NCBI GenBank assembly: GCA_041628615.1
Contig: JBFKOW010000001.1
Location: 21,963-85,962 of the forward strand
Source of the DNA: Paracoccaceae bacterium
GTDB taxonomy: Bacteria; Pseudomonadota; Alphaproteobacteria; Rhodobacterales; Rhodobacteraceae
DNA length: 64,000 nucleotides
Direction of reading: 5' to 3'
Shown: one piece after another, positions 43,884 to 53,016 of the stretch
Position numbering within the stretch: position 1 is the stretch's first letter
How the letters are laid out: each line of letters opens with the position of its first letter
Notes under the pieces: generated by a model
Database searches by the model: none
What the model was told of the DNA's origin: nothing
The model's input: only the letters and a program-made list of their open reading frames with translations
Made by a program: the position numbers and the translations under genes

Positions 43884-44676
43884 GTTCCTGCTCCATCCCG
43901 GTTTCCACAAGACCGGGACCAGCAGCGCCCAGCACCTGCTGTGGAAGAACCGCGCCGCCCTGCGCCGCCATGTCGAGGTGTTCCAGTTCCGCCACCTGCG
44001 CGACGCCGGCCGCCCGGCGCTGCGGTTCTCGCGCAGCGGCGATCCGTTCGACCTCGTTGACCTCGCCGACCTTCTCGACGCGGCGCTGGCCGGGGTCGGG
44101 CCGGACGAGGAGCGGCACATCCTGCTCAGCCACGAGGGCCTGCTCGGCCACCTGCCGGGCTGGCCCGGCGTCGCCGACTACCGCCCCGCGAAGGTGCTGA
44201 TCCCGGCCTATCTCGACTACGCGGCCGAGCGTTTTCCCCGCCACGACCGCGCGGTCATCCTCACCACCCGCGCGCCGGGGGACTGGCTGGACAGCGCGTG
44301 GCGGCATCACCTGATGGGCCAGCGGCTGACCGAGGACCGCGAGACGTTCCGCGCCCGGCTTGCCGGGACGGCGGACCTGGCCGGGCTGGCGCGGGATCTC
44401 GGGCGGCGTGCCGCCCCGGTGCCGGTCCTGACCGCCGATCTGGCCGAGACCTCGGGGCTGCCGTTCGGCCCCGGTCAGGCCCTGCTCGCGCCGCTGGGCC
44501 TGCCGGCGGAGGTGCTGGCCGGGCTGGTCCCGGTCGCCCCCGGCAACCGCGGCCCCGACGCGGCGCTGGCCGCCGACCTGCTGGCGCTGAACCGCTCCGG
44601 GCTCGACGATTCCGCGCTGGCGGCCCAGAAGGCCCGGCGCGCGCGCGAGGCCGGGGTCGGCGGCTGGGCCCGCTGA
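43876..44676 (+). CDS. Hypothetical protein with a sulfotransferase-like P-loop (HKTGTSS)
   Basis: Internal ATG of ORF 43843..44676, overlapping the rimM stop by 8 nt. [26 protein letters not shown] resembles the PAPS 5'-phosphosulfate-binding loop of sulfotransferase-fold proteins. The rest is unassigned. Confidence 0.45.
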   Translation: MPRFLLHPGFHKTGTSSAQHLLWKNRAALRRHVEVFQFRHLRDAGRPALRFSRSGDPFDLVDLADLLDAALAGVGPDEERHILLSHEGLLGHLPGWPGVADYRPAKVLIPAYLDYAAERFPRHDRAVILTTRAPGDWLDSAWRHHLMGQRLTEDRETFRARLAGTADLAGLARDLGRRAAPVPVLTADLAETSGLPFGPGQALLAPLGLPAEVLAGLVPVAPGNRGPDAALAADLLALNRSGLDDSALAAQKARRAREAGVGGWAR

Positions 44677-44720
44677 CGGGCCGAGTTCCCCTTGCCCGCC
44701 GGATCGGCTAGGAGGCGCGC

Positions 44721-45512
44721 ATGACCGAGACCCCGCCGAAATCCCACGGCCGCAAGTCGATCCGCCCCACGGCGCAGCCCCGCGACCTGCTCGATCCGGC
44801 GCCGATGCTGGCGCGGGCGTGGCGGGCGCAGGTGATCTCGCTGCTGCCGCAGGCGTTTCCCGGCGTGCTGGGCGAATCGCTCACCGGCAGGGCGCTGCAG
44901 GACGGGCTCTGGCACCTCGAGGTGACCGACCTGCGCCGCTTCGGCGAGGGCCGGCACCGCAACGTCGACGACACCCCGGCCGGCGGCGGCGCCGGGATGG
45001 TGCTGCGCGCCGACATCGTCGGCCGCGCCATCGAGGAGGTGCGGCAGGGGGCCGATCCGGGGATGCCGCTGATCTACCTGTCGCCCCGCGGCGTGCCGTT
45101 CCGGCAGGAGATCGCCCGCGACCTTGCCGCCGGGCCGGGGGTGACCCTGCTGTCGGGCCGGTTCGAGGGTATCGACGAACGGGTGCTGGAGGAATTCGGC
45201 GTCGCCGAGGTCAGCCTCGGGGACTTCGTGATGACCGGCGGCGAGATCGCCGCGATGGCGGTGATCGACGCCTGCGTCCGGCTGCTGCCCGGCGTGCTCG
45301 GCAACGCGGCGAGCGCCGAGGAGGAAAGCCACGCGCAGGGCCTGCTGGAGCATCCGCATTACACCCGCCCGGCCGAGTGGCGCGGGCGGACGATCCCCGA
45401 GGTGCTGACCTCGGGCGACCACGGCAAGGTCGCCGCCTGGCGCCGCGAGATGTCCGAGCGGCTGACCCGCGAGCGGCGGCCCGACCTCTGGCGGCGGCTG
45501 GGCCGGGACTGA
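44721..45512 (+). CDS. trmD: tRNA (guanine37-N1)-methyltransferase
   Basis: [45 protein letters not shown], and LEHPHYTRP. Confidence 0.95.
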   Translation: MTETPPKSHGRKSIRPTAQPRDLLDPAPMLARAWRAQVISLLPQAFPGVLGESLTGRALQDGLWHLEVTDLRRFGEGRHRNVDDTPAGGGAGMVLRADIVGRAIEEVRQGADPGMPLIYLSPRGVPFRQEIARDLAAGPGVTLLSGRFEGIDERVLEEFGVAEVSLGDFVMTGGEIAAMAVIDACVRLLPGVLGNAASAEEESHAQGLLEHPHYTRPAEWRGRTIPEVLTSGDHGKVAAWRREMSERLTRERRPDLWRRLGRD

Positions 45513-45696
45513 CCGCCCGGATCTCCGCGGAACAGGCGGCGCCGAACGCCTGAATCGCTTGCCTTGCGGGTCCAACCGATGTAGGCGGGCGCGGTTCCCC
45601 TGCGGAACGGCAAAGCAACAGCCGCGCCATGGCCGGATCGGCCCGCTGGCAAGGACATCATCCGCGGGAAAACCGCGCGCAGCACAGGAGGGTCCG

Positions 45697-46083
45697 ATGG
45701 ACCTGATCGCACAACTGGAGGCGGAACAGATCGCCTCTCTCGGGAAGACCATTCCCGATTTCAAGGCCGGCGACACCATCCGCGTCGGCTACAAGGTGAC
45801 CGAAGGCAGCCGCAGCCGAGTGCAGGCCTACGAAGGCGTCTGCATCAGCCGCAAGAACGGCGACGGCATCGCCGGCAGCTTCACGGTCCGCAAGATTTCC
45901 TTCGGTGAGGGCGTCGAACGGGTGTTCCCGCTCTACTCGACCAACATCGAATACATCGAGGTGGTGCGCCGCGGCCGGGTCCGCCGCGCCAAGCTCTACT
46001 ACCTCCGCTCGCGCCGCGGCAAATCGGCCCGGATCGCGGAGAAGTCCAACTACCGCGAGCTCGGCTCGTCGGCCGACGCGTAA
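45697..46083 (+). CDS. rplS: 50S ribosomal protein L19
   Basis: Internal ATG of ORF 45559..46083 with AGGAGGG upstream. [36 protein letters not shown]...[20 protein letters not shown]. Confidence 0.95.
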   Translation: MDLIAQLEAEQIASLGKTIPDFKAGDTIRVGYKVTEGSRSRVQAYEGVCISRKNGDGIAGSFTVRKISFGEGVERVFPLYSTNIEYIEVVRRGRVRRAKLYYLRSRRGKSARIAEKSNYRELGSSADA

Positions 46084-46091
46084 GGAGAGGC

Positions 46092-46316
46092 GTGATGAAA
46101 AAGGACATCCATCCCGATTACCACGTCATCGACGTCAAGCTGACCGATGGCACCGTGGTGCAGATGAAATCCACCTGGGGCTCCGAGGGCGACCAGCTGT
46201 CGCTCGACATCGACCCCTCGGTGCATCCGGCCTGGACCGGCGGCTCGTCCCGCCTGATGGACACCGGCGGCCGGGTCTCGAAGTTCAAGAACAAGTACGC
46301 CGGCCTGGGCTTCTGA
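46092..46316 (+). CDS. rpmE: 50S ribosomal protein L31 (Cys-less form)
   Basis: [10 protein letters not shown]...HPAWTG...[13 protein letters not shown]. Confidence 0.95.
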   Translation: MMKKDIHPDYHVIDVKLTDGTVVQMKSTWGSEGDQLSLDIDPSVHPAWTGGSSRLMDTGGRVSKFKNKYAGLGF

Positions 46317-46343
46317 GCCCGACAGCCACGCGGAACGCGAAAC

Positions 46344-46365
46344 GGGCCGCCCCTCGGGGCGGCCC
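46344..46365. terminator. Bidirectional hairpin between convergent rpmE and a membrane-protein gene
   Basis: GGGCCGCCCC-TC-GGGGCGGCCC is a 10-bp GC stem (the apical pairs probably open into a loop). Short T-containing tracts lie on both sides. Confidence 0.55.
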
Positions 46366-46385
46366 GCTGCATTTCGGGGGCCGGG

Positions 46386-47066
46386 TCAGGCCCGCGCCGC
46401 GGCAGGGCCCGGCCGCAACGCCAGTTCGGCCCCGGTCCAGAAGAACCACAGGATGAAGCCCAGTCCGAAGACCGCCCCACCGGCCCCGGCCGCGCCGGGC
46501 AGCAGGGTGGCGAGGCCGACCCCGCCCACCACGACCGAGAGCACTGACAGCGGCCGCGACAGCGCCCCGCTGGCCAGCCCGGCGATGCCGAGCGCCAGCG
46601 CCCAGGCCCCGCCGGCGATCTCGTTGCCGCCGCCGAGGCCGTTCTCGACAAGGTCGGCCACCTGCCACAGCAGCACCGCGTCCGGGTCGCCGGCGTCCCA
46701 CAGCGGCAGCGCCCGCGACAGACCCACGTTCATCACCATGCCTGCGCCGAGCACCAGCGTCGCCCAGACCGTGCCGAAGGTCCGGGTCAGCCGGCCCAGC
46801 GCCCCCTGCCCCGCCGCCGCGATGCGCTCGGCCAGCGCCGCAACCAGCACCGCGAGGGCCACCGCGTTCACGATGTAGATGACCACGTACCACAGCCGCA
46901 CCATGCCGCGATTGTCGGCCACGACCGCCAGCGCCGCCTCGGCGTCCGCGCCCTCGGCACCGAAACCGGCGGGCAGCAGCACCCCGACCAGAACCGCGAA
47001 GCCGAACACGTATGTCGCCCCGCAAACCAGGGCGGCGGCCGCCCCCGAACGTCTCAGATCCCGCAT
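46386..47066 (-). CDS. Hypothetical polytopic membrane protein (DUF4386-like)
   Basis: 226 aa with about six TM helices. The family guess is from overall layout only. Confidence 0.45.
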   Translation of the reverse strand: MRDLRRSGAAAALVCGATYVFGFAVLVGVLLPAGFGAEGADAEAALAVVADNRGMVRLWYVVIYIVNAVALAVLVAALAERIAAAGQGALGRLTRTFGTVWATLVLGAGMVMNVGLSRALPLWDAGDPDAVLLWQVADLVENGLGGGNEIAGGAWALALGIAGLASGALSRPLSVLSVVVGGVGLATLLPGAAGAGGAVFGLGFILWFFWTGAELALRPGPAAARA

Positions 47067-47279
47067 CTACACCTCCATCGCACCGATGGCGGGGGTCTAG
47101 CGCCGCCGGCGCGCGCCGCGAAGTGCCTAAATCCGCATCCCGGACCCACAGATCTGTTGAGCCGCGGCCGGTGCCGGGGGGCCGCGCCCTGCAAAAATGT
47201 GTCCCAGGGGCGCTGGTCGCGCTTTCATGGCGCGCCAGCGCAACATATAGTGGCGTCCAAGGAAAAAGGGGCCGGGGCA

Positions 47280-48089
47280 GTGGCGCATATCATCGTTGTC
47301 GGAAACGAAAAGGGCGGCGCGGGCAAGTCCACCGTCGCCATGCACGTGGCAACCGCGCTGGCCCGGATGGGTCACAAGACCGGGACGCTCGATCTCGACC
47401 TGCGGCAGAAGTCGCTCGGGCGGTACATGCTGAACCGGCGGCGCTATTGCGCGCGCGAGGGGCTGGACCTGCCGACCCCGGACTACATCGACCTGCCCGA
47501 TGTCGACGCGGCGCAGCTGCAGCCGGGGGAGAACCCGCTCGATCACCGGCTGTCGGTCGCGGTGTCCCGGCTGGAGCCGGACAACGACTTCATCCTGATC
47601 GACTGCCCCGGCTCGCATACCCGTCTCAGCCAGGTCGCGCATTCGCTGGCCGACACGCTGATCACGCCGCTGAACGACAGCTTCATCGATTTCGACCTGC
47701 TGGCCCGGGTCGATCCGGAAGCCGAGGAGATCGAGGGGCCGTCGATCTATTCCGAGATGGTCTGGAATGCCCGGCAATTGCGGGCGCAGGCCGGGCTGGA
47801 CCCGATCGACTGGGTGGTGGTGCGCAACCGGCTCGGGGCGCAGAACATGGTCAACAAGCACAAGATGGAAAAGGCGCTGGACCGGCTGTCCAAGCGGATC
47901 GGCTTCCGCACCGCGCCCGGGTTCAACGAGCGGGTGATCTTCCGCGAGCTGTTCCCGCGGGGCCTGACCCTGCTGGACCTGCGCGACATCGGGGTGAAGG
48001 CGCTCAACATCTCGAACGTGGCGGCGCGGCAGGAGCTGCGCGACCTGATCCGCGCGCTGAACCTTCCGGGCGTCGAGGTGAACTTCTAG
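47280..48089 (+). CDS. mipZ: ParA/MinD-type division-plane positioning ATPase MipZ
   Basis: GTG start. HIIVVGNEKGGAGKSTVAMHVATAL, LDLDLRQKS, FILIDCPG, PLNDSFIDFDLL, WVVVRNRL, and ERVIFRELFPRGLT align along the whole length with Caulobacter MipZ as I remember it. Confidence 0.85.
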   Translation: MAHIIVVGNEKGGAGKSTVAMHVATALARMGHKTGTLDLDLRQKSLGRYMLNRRRYCAREGLDLPTPDYIDLPDVDAAQLQPGENPLDHRLSVAVSRLEPDNDFILIDCPGSHTRLSQVAHSLADTLITPLNDSFIDFDLLARVDPEAEEIEGPSIYSEMVWNARQLRAQAGLDPIDWVVVRNRLGAQNMVNKHKMEKALDRLSKRIGFRTAPGFNERVIFRELFPRGLTLLDLRDIGVKALNISNVAARQELRDLIRALNLPGVEVNF

Positions 48090-48095
48090 GCCGCG

Positions 48096-48869
48096 TCAGG
48101 ACGCGCTGGCGGCCATCACGTCGTCGAGGAGGGCGCCGTCGTCGTCGCCGATGTCCTGTGCCGCCTGGTCCCCGGCGGTAGCGCGGCGGCGGATGTGGAT
48201 GGCCGACCGGACCAGCGCGTAGAGCCCGATGGCCCCGGCGGCCCAGGCGAACATGCCGAAGATCGTGGTCTCGAACGGCCAGGCCGGGTTGTAGGCGCCG
48301 GCCCGGTTGCCCTGGAACTCGCGCAGGACGAAAACCCCCTCCGGCAGCACCCGTCCCTCGCTGGCGAAAGCCTCGGCGACGATCCGGTCGAATTCGCCCA
48401 TGTCCCCGACCATGCCGTTGAGCATCAGCACCGGGCCGAAGCTGCCCTCGGCCTCGGCGCGGGGGCCGAACTGGATCGCGTCGACGGCCTCGGCGGTCAG
48501 CGCCTTGTCGTCGTAGAGCAGGACCCCGAGAATTTCGGGGTCGGTCGCGTCGGCGGCCAGCAGCGGCACGGCGTAGCCGACGCGGTCCTCGGCCTTGTCC
48601 CCGGCGGACAGGGTGAGATCCATCGTCATGTCGAGTTGCGCCCGGACCGTGACCTCGCCGAACGGGTGCGCCGCGGCCGCCGCCGCCGCCGCCTCGGGGC
48701 CGACCGGGTCGGGCGGACCTGACAGCAGCGCGTCGGCCTTCAGGAGGTTCGACCGGTTCTCGTTCGCCTGCAGGTAGATGCCGGTCCCCAGCGTGCACAG
48801 CGCGATGGCGGCAAGAAAGAAGGGGTTCATCCCCAGAAACGCGAGGACAAGTCTGATCGGGCCCTGCAT
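48096..48869 (-). CDS. Hypothetical membrane protein (TM at both ends, central soluble domain)
   Basis: 257 aa. N-terminal TM NPFFLAAIALCTLGTGIYL and C-terminal TM IFGMFAWAAGAIGLYALV. Confidence 0.5.
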   Translation of the reverse strand: MQGPIRLVLAFLGMNPFFLAAIALCTLGTGIYLQANENRSNLLKADALLSGPPDPVGPEAAAAAAAAHPFGEVTVRAQLDMTMDLTLSAGDKAEDRVGYAVPLLAADATDPEILGVLLYDDKALTAEAVDAIQFGPRAEAEGSFGPVLMLNGMVGDMGEFDRIVAEAFASEGRVLPEGVFVLREFQGNRAGAYNPAWPFETTIFGMFAWAAGAIGLYALVRSAIHIRRRATAGDQAAQDIGDDDGALLDDVMAASAS

Positions 48870-49009
48870 CGATGCCTCCGGCTTTCACCTTTGGGTGCAT
48901 TCGACCGGAGGAATGCGGCGATCCCGCGGCGGCCACGGGCCAAATTCATGCCCCGGAGACAGTCCGCGGCGATCCGCCGGTTTGTCCCCGGCGCGCCAGG
49001 ACCGTCGCG

Positions 49010-50152
49010 TCAGGACAGCGCCGGTCCGACGGCGCGCAGGTCGGCGGAGATCCGGATCATGTCGTCCAGCAGCGGCGCGGCGCCAGCCGCCGCCGCGGCC
49101 CGCCGCCGCAGAAGCGCCGCCGGACCCGTCGTCGCCGCCCGCAGCGCCGCCTCCAGCCCGATTCCCGCCCGCTCGACAAGCACCCGCAACGCGGTGGTCA
49201 GGTCGAGATCGGCGCCGGCCAGGGTGCCGTCGGCCAGCGTCAGCCGTCCCCCGGCACGCCGGATCAGCCGCCCGCCGAGCCGGAACTCGGCCAGATCGGT
49301 CCCCGCGACCGCCATCGCGTCGCTGACGAGGAAGATGCCGCCCGGTCCCGCCTTGGCCGCCCAGGCGGCGCGGATCGCCGCCGGGTGGACATGGACGCCG
49401 TCGGCGATCAGCCCGGCGGACAGGGTGCCCCGGGCCAGCGCCGCGCCGACCAGTCCCGGCTCGCGGCTGCCGAGCTGGCTCATCGCGTTGAACAGGTGAG
49501 TGACGCAGCGCGCCCCGGCATCGGCATAGCGCAGGCAGGTGTCGTGATCCGCGTCGGTGTGGCCCAGCGAGACGATCGCCCCGGCCTCGGCGAGGGCCCG
49601 GACCTGCGCCTCCGAGACGTTCTCGGGCGCGACCGTGACCATCAGCGCGGGCAGCGCTTCGGCGGCAGCCAGGAGGCGGTCGAGATCGGCGGCCTCCATC
49701 GGCCGGATCAGCGCGGGATCGTGGGCGCCCTTGCGCGCGATCGACAGGTGCGGCCCCTCGAGGTGCAGGCCGGCGATGCCGGGAACGCCGGCCCGGACCG
49801 CATCGATGGCGGCCGCGATCGCGGCGGCGGTCCGGTCGGCGGTGTCGGTGATGAGCGTCGGCAGCAGCGCCGTCACGCCCAGCCGCCGGTGCGCCTCGGC
49901 GATCCGCCGCAGGGTGGCGACCGAGGGGTCGTCGTTGAACAGGACCCCGCCGCCGCCGTTCACCTGGAGATCGACGTAGCCCGGCGACAGGATGTCGCCG
50001 CCGAGGTCCAGCGTCCCGCCCTCGACGGGCAGGTCCGCCTCGGGCGCCAGCGCCGCGAGCCGGCCGTTCTCGAACCGGGCCGCGTGCCCGTCGAGCAGCA
50101 CCCGGCCGTCGAAGATGCGGCCGTTGCGCGCCGTGATCACCGGGCCGGTCAT
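49010..50152 (-). CDS. nagA: N-acetylglucosamine-6-phosphate deacetylase
   Basis: ILSPGYVDLQVNGGGGVLFND, HLEGPHLS, THLFNAMS, and GLIADGVHVHP. Confidence 0.9.
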   Translation of the reverse strand: MTGPVITARNGRIFDGRVLLDGHAARFENGRLAALAPEADLPVEGGTLDLGGDILSPGYVDLQVNGGGGVLFNDDPSVATLRRIAEAHRRLGVTALLPTLITDTADRTAAAIAAAIDAVRAGVPGIAGLHLEGPHLSIARKGAHDPALIRPMEAADLDRLLAAAEALPALMVTVAPENVSEAQVRALAEAGAIVSLGHTDADHDTCLRYADAGARCVTHLFNAMSQLGSREPGLVGAALARGTLSAGLIADGVHVHPAAIRAAWAAKAGPGGIFLVSDAMAVAGTDLAEFRLGGRLIRRAGGRLTLADGTLAGADLDLTTALRVLVERAGIGLEAALRAATTGPAALLRRRAAAAAGAAPLLDDMIRISADLRAVGPALS

Positions 50153-51180
50153 ACCGTCTCCGTCACCTTTCGGAGGTGCCGGGGCGCGTCCGGGTCGATC
50201 CCGCGCCGGACGGCGACCGCCTCGACCATGCCGTAGAACGTCACGATCGCGGCGATCGGGTCGGTCATCCAGTGGCCGGTGCGGACATGGTCCAGCGGGG
50301 TGGCGCGGGCCACCTTGCCGGTGACCGCGAAGACCTGCGCGCCCTTCTCGGCCAGCGCGTCGGCGGTGGCGGCGAGGCTGGCCTCGGCGGCGTCGGCGGC
50401 GGCGAAGGCGATCACCGGGAAGCCCGGCTCGACGATCGAGACCGGACCGTGCAGCACCTCGGCCGAGGAATAGCTCTCGGCATGGATCAGGCAGGTTTCC
50501 TTGAACTTGAGCGCGGCCTCGTTCGAGACCGCCCAGGACGGCCCCCGCCCGAGGGTGTAGAGCGACCGGCCGCCGGTGATGGCCTCGGCCGCCGCCGACC
50601 AGTCGCAGCCGGTCGCCTTGTCGAGCGCGGCGGGCAGCGCGCGGATCGCCGCGAGCAGGTCGCCGTCGCCCTTGATCTCGGCGATCAGCCAGAGCCCGGC
50701 CACCAGCGAGGCGACGAAGGTCTTGGTCGCGGCGACGCTGAGTTCCGGGCCGGCATGGATCGGCAGCGTGGCCGAGGCCACCCCGGCAAGCCGGGACCCG
50801 GCGTCGTTGGTGATTGCCACGGTCAGCGCGCCCGACGCGCCCAGCCCCTCGGTCATCCGCACGATGTCCGGGCTCTGGCCCGATTGCGAGACCGCGATGC
50901 AGAGCGCGCCGTCGGCGATCAGGTCGACGCCGTAGATCGACGCCACCGAGGGCCCGACCGAGGCCATCGGCCGGCGCAGCAGCAGTTCGCTGGCATACTT
51001 GAGGTAGGTGCAGGCATGGTCGGACGAGCCCCGCGCGACCGACAGCAGGAACCGCGGATCGGCCTCCCGCGCCGCCCGGGCGGCGGCCGCGACGGCCTCC
51101 GCCCCCTCGGTCAGCAGGCGGTCCACGGCGGCGGGGATCTCGAGGATCTCCTGCCGCATCCGGGTCATGTCGTCGGTCAT
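50149..51180 (-). CDS. SIS-domain sugar isomerase/deaminase (GlmS-C-terminal-like; NagB-II type glucosamine-6-P deaminase)
   Basis: 343 aa with two SIS repeats (ARGSSDHA..., VSQSGQSPD). It overlaps nagA by 4 nt. Confidence 0.8.
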   Translation of the reverse strand: MTDDMTRMRQEILEIPAAVDRLLTEGAEAVAAAARAAREADPRFLLSVARGSSDHACTYLKYASELLLRRPMASVGPSVASIYGVDLIADGALCIAVSQSGQSPDIVRMTEGLGASGALTVAITNDAGSRLAGVASATLPIHAGPELSVAATKTFVASLVAGLWLIAEIKGDGDLLAAIRALPAALDKATGCDWSAAAEAITGGRSLYTLGRGPSWAVSNEAALKFKETCLIHAESYSSAEVLHGPVSIVEPGFPVIAFAAADAAEASLAATADALAEKGAQVFAVTGKVARATPLDHVRTGHWMTDPIAAIVTFYGMVEAVAVRRGIDPDAPRHLRKVTETV

Positions 51181-51199
51181 CGTTCGGCGCCTTTCGATG

Positions 51200-51952
51200 T
51201 CAGAGTCGGAGTTCGGCCACGAAGTCGTAGGCGTCGCCGCGGTAGAGGGACCGTGTCAGTTCCGCGACCCGCCCCGTGACGAGGAAGGAGGTGCGCTCGA
51301 TGCGGAGGCCGGCGGCGCCCTCGGGGACCCCGAGCAGCTCGGCCTCGCGCGCCTCCAGGTTGACCGCCGAGATCTTCTGGACCGCGCGGACCGGGCGGAC
51401 GCCGTGACGCTCCAGCACCTCGTAGAGCGACCCGGTCACCTCGATCGGGTTCGGCAGGATGTCGAGCGGCAGCGCCGCCCGTTCGAGCGCCATCGGCCGC
51501 CCGCCGGCCTCGCGCAGGCGGTAGATCCGGGCGACCTGGTCGCCCGCGGACAGCCCGAGCGCCCTTGTTTCGTCCGGCGATGGCAGGAACACCCCCCGTT
51601 CGAGCCATTGCGAGGTGGTCTCGAGGCCCCGGTTGCGCATGTCCTCGGTGAAGGAGGTCAGGTGCGACAGCGACTGCTCGACCCGGGCCACCGGCTCGCG
51701 CACGAAGGAGCCCGAGCCCTGGCGCTGCTCGATCAGCCCGTCGCGGACCAGTTCCTGGATCGCCTTGCGCACGGTGACCCGCGACAGGTCGGTGATCTCG
51801 GCGATCTCGCGCTCCGGCGGCAGCGAGGAATCGGGCGGCAGGATGCCCGAGGCGATGCCCTCCTCGAGCCGCCGGCGCAACTGCACGTAGCGCGGTCCGC
51901 CGCCCGGTCGCCCGAGCCAGCCGTCCGGCCGCAGGAATTCAGCGGCGTCCAT
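51200..51952 (-). CDS. GntR/HutC-family regulator of the GlcNAc locus (NagQ/NagR-like)
   Basis: Winged helix LPPEREIAEITDLSRVTVRKAIQELVRDGLIEQRQGSGSFV plus a UTRA-type C-terminal domain. Confidence 0.85.
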   Translation of the reverse strand: MDAAEFLRPDGWLGRPGGGPRYVQLRRRLEEGIASGILPPDSSLPPEREIAEITDLSRVTVRKAIQELVRDGLIEQRQGSGSFVREPVARVEQSLSHLTSFTEDMRNRGLETTSQWLERGVFLPSPDETRALGLSAGDQVARIYRLREAGGRPMALERAALPLDILPNPIEVTGSLYEVLERHGVRPVRAVQKISAVNLEAREAELLGVPEGAAGLRIERTSFLVTGRVAELTRSLYRGDAYDFVAELRL

Positions 51953-52832
51953 CGGCGACCTCCCGCGCGAAGTCGAGGGCGAGCGACAGCGCCCCGTCGA
52001 GCGGCGTGCCCCGCGGCGCGGCCCGGCACGCCTGCATGTCCGCCGGCAGCCAGGCCGCGAAATGCGGGCCGATGCCGCCGGTCAGGCAGATCGGCAGCCC
52101 CGGCGTCCAGCCCAGCGCGGCGATGGTCCGGGCGACTTCGCCGGCGCCGTCCCGCAGGACCCGTTCGGCCAATGGGTCCCCGGCGGCCGCCCCGCGTGTC
52201 GCCAGCGGCGCGAGGGCGCCGAAATCGGTGGGCCTGGTCGTCCGGGCGAAGGCGACGATCCCGGCGGACCCGCCGAACCGCGCCAGCAGGTCTTCCGTCA
52301 TCGGCGTCGCCGGCGCGAGCCCGTCGACCCGGTCGAGCGTGACGCGCAGCGCCCGCCGCCCGATCCACTGCGCCGAGGCCTCGTCGCCGAGGACCGGACC
52401 CCAGCCCCCGGACAGGCGGATCGCCCCGGCCCGCTGCGCCGCGAAGAACGACCCGGTGCCGCAATGGGCGAGGAATCCGTCGTCCAGTCCCAGCACGCCG
52501 CGGACGGCGGCGGGGCGGTCGTCCTCGATCCGCGCCGCGGCGAAGGGCAGCGCGCGGCCCAACCGCTCCGCGATGTCGGGGCCTGTCATCCCGGCCAGCC
52601 CGACATAGGCCGGCCGCCGCGCGAGACGTTCGGGAGCCTCGCCGGCCTCGGCGGCCAGCCGCCGGACCCCCTCGGTAATCTCGCGCACCGCACCGTCGAA
52701 ATCGGTGGTGACGTTGGCCGAGCCGGTCTCGACGACATGGGTCGCCCCGCCGCGCCGACAGGCGATGCGGCAGTGGGTTCCGCCTCCGTCGACGGCGACC
52801 ACGGCAGCTTGGGACGATTCTTCCATGACCAT
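51939..52832 (-). CDS. BadF/BadG/BcrA/BcrD-type ATPase, GlcNAc (or MurNAc) kinase-like
   Basis: VVAVDGGGTHCRIA, GLAG, and GTGS motifs. It is the first gene of the minus-strand nag operon. Confidence 0.75.
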   Translation of the reverse strand: MVMEESSQAAVVAVDGGGTHCRIACRRGGATHVVETGSANVTTDFDGAVREITEGVRRLAAEAGEAPERLARRPAYVGLAGMTGPDIAERLGRALPFAAARIEDDRPAAVRGVLGLDDGFLAHCGTGSFFAAQRAGAIRLSGGWGPVLGDEASAQWIGRRALRVTLDRVDGLAPATPMTEDLLARFGGSAGIVAFARTTRPTDFGALAPLATRGAAAGDPLAERVLRDGAGEVARTIAALGWTPGLPICLTGGIGPHFAAWLPADMQACRAAPRGTPLDGALSLALDFAREVADGRR

Positions 52833-52847
52833 ACCTTTACAATACCT
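52831..52847 (-). promoter_or_regulatory. Two AGGTAT repeats, 11 bp apart, at the kinase start codon
   Basis: ATACCT occurs at 52831 and 52842 on the plus strand. It has the same GGTAT core as the murQ-proximal array, in the opposite orientation. Confidence 0.35.
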
Positions 52848-52950
52848 ATAGGCGGCCGAGAAGACCTAATTAAGTCCAGAACAGACAAACACACGCGAAT
52901 GCGCCGCCAAAGGGGCTAGATTTCCGGCCTTTGAGGGGCAGAATCTCCCC

Positions 52951-52994
52951 TGGTTCGAAATTGGTAGACAAATGGTATTAAATCGGTATGGTGA
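52951..52994 (+). promoter_or_regulatory. Four direct (T/C)GGT(A/T) repeats phased at exactly 11 bp (candidate GntR/NagQ operator array)
   Basis: The four units are TGGTTCGAAAT, TGGTAGACAAA, TGGTATTAAAT and CGGTATGGTGA, starting at 52951, 52962, 52973 and 52984, just upstream of murQ. Confidence 0.5.
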
Positions 52995-53016
52995 ACGCAG
53001 CAGATGGGGGAATCGC

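Noticed and set aside
52972-53016. ATG at 52972 as the murQ start (as in the ORF track).
   Set aside because: This ATG sits inside the 11-bp phased repeat array in A/T-rich promoter-like DNA, and it adds an unconserved MVLNRYGERSRWGNR extension. The GTG at 53017, with GGGGGA upstream, gives an N-terminus matching the position of the E. coli MurQ start.
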